A stretch of 64,000 bases of DNA, taken from NCBI GenBank assembly GCA_026025075.1, contig JAPEUI010000044.1, forward strand, positions 1-64,000, in the 5' to 3' direction. This DNA is from Vezdaea acicularis (lineage: Eukaryota). The translations under genes were made by a program, and so were the position numbers. Under the pieces are notes generated by a model. That model was given only the letters and a program-made list of their open reading frames with translations, did no database searches and was not told the origin of the DNA. Shown here one piece after another: positions 62,801 through 64,000 of this stretch. How positions within the stretch are numbered: the stretch's first letter is position 1; every line of letters starts with the position of its first letter.

Positions 62801-64000
62801 TTTTTTCTTGTTATCTTCGTAGCATCGAAATCATCATGAACGAGCTCAGGAGCACGACTTACATGGAAGGCTCTGCGGAACAAAGACAGATAACTCTGCT
62901 TAAGTGGCTGAGATCCATGGAGGAACTTGTCACAAAATCGCTGGCTCTGGCATTAAAGGAACAGACTGCATTCGAATGCATTGACCAAGACCATCTAATT
63001 ACTTCCATGACTGCCATCGCAGAGCTAGCTAGGCTAATCCATGGCTTCACGCTCTTTGAAGATCGCGTACGAGTCGGCCAAGTCAAGCTAGGGGAAACAC
63101 CGTCCCGTTCTCCCGGTAATCCCCTTCTGCTACTGACAGTGAGGATGAGAGATATGCAAATTCGCACATGGACGTTAATGTACTTGTTATTAAAGGAGGC
63201 CATGGCGCAAAATACAGACCTTTTCCCTCACCCTCAAGAAGACCTTCTAGAGCTCATCCGCTCCATTCACCATTCTACTGGATTGCGCGCGTTCTGTCAT
63301 GCGTCAAACAAATTATTCCTGCAGTTTGCTAAACAAGAACTTTACCATTTTAGTGTTAGCGACGATTGGGATACGGAGATGACCCAGATACTTTACGACC
63401 TTCATGGCATTAAGCTCTCAGTCGACCCCTGGATAATCGCCGACCACCAATGCAATCCGGAAGCTATTGATCGAGATACCGCCGTCCAAATTGTGGATTT
63501 CGTTCTAGCACTCGTGGACAGGATGCCCTTTCGGGATCTGCCAAAAACCGAACTGAAATCAGTAATTGAAAAAATGCAGCAAGCAATTGGGGCACCAAAG
63601 GAGAGCAGTGCGTCCGTGTACAACCAGCGAATCTTCAAGTCTTTCCTCGACTCATCCATCAACCCTCTAGACTTATATCAGAGTCTCAAAGGGTTGAAAG
63701 AGCTCTCTTCTTTGACGACAACTGGCTTAACGGCGCAATTCGTGGGCAAAGGGTGGTATTTCCTACTTGGTCAGATGGCGCTGTCGAGATTCAAATCGCA
63801 GAAACGCGTTTCTCAAACACCGACTGATGATCTAGAGATAGCACGCCATTTCTTCACCCTTGATCTCGAGTGGGGAATGGAAAGATGGGAATCCTGGCTG
63901 CGACTTGCGCAAACCTTTGACACCATGCTTGAGGAGAAGGTATCATGGTCTGCAGACGCGTTGAATACGGACCGAGCAGAGATCAATGCACTACAGCGAA
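59830..64000 (+). CDS. HIR3: Histone transcription regulator Hir3 (HIR complex, Cabin1-like), 3'-truncated by the window
   Basis: ATG-only first exon, then STFQAFNVYPDEDSEDEIDNTKELQ/IEEALKLYQAALKLH, LSYKNHGQF, LWRKTAR, and a long open frame to the window end (GWYFLLGQ, RWESWLRLAQ). Confidence 0.88.

Overview
This is eukaryotic, gene-dense genomic DNA from a filamentous ascomycete (Pezizomycotina-type short GT-AG introns with CTAAC/CTGAC branch points). Most of the window is conserved housekeeping genes: RRP3, SSF1, RIB5, HMT1/RMT1, a cyclin T/K, NPL6/RSC7, SCH9, PER1, PCM1, BRF1, MUS81, a ChAPs/BUD7 gene, and HIR3 (cut by the window end). It also holds one tRNA-Ala(UGC), a NADAR gene, a CrpA-like copper P1B-ATPase and a sucrose/alpha-glucoside permease. 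The main biosynthetic feature is a divergent siderophore pair: a ferrichrome-family NRPS and L-ornithine N5-oxygenase (sidA), with a SreA-type GATA site between them. The NRPS appears internally deleted, with only two A domains, four C domains and a truncated T-domain scar, so its product may be non-canonical. Other leads are a 256-nt strongly structured intron in HMT1 (candidate H/ACA snoRNA or splicing element), an anchor-less DUF3431 gene, an orphan single-TM gene with a Val-x-x tandem repeat, a 21-bp hairpin tandem repeat, and a decayed gene fragment at the left end. All calls come from reading the sequence by eye and from recalled family motifs; no database searches were run and exon boundaries are approximate.
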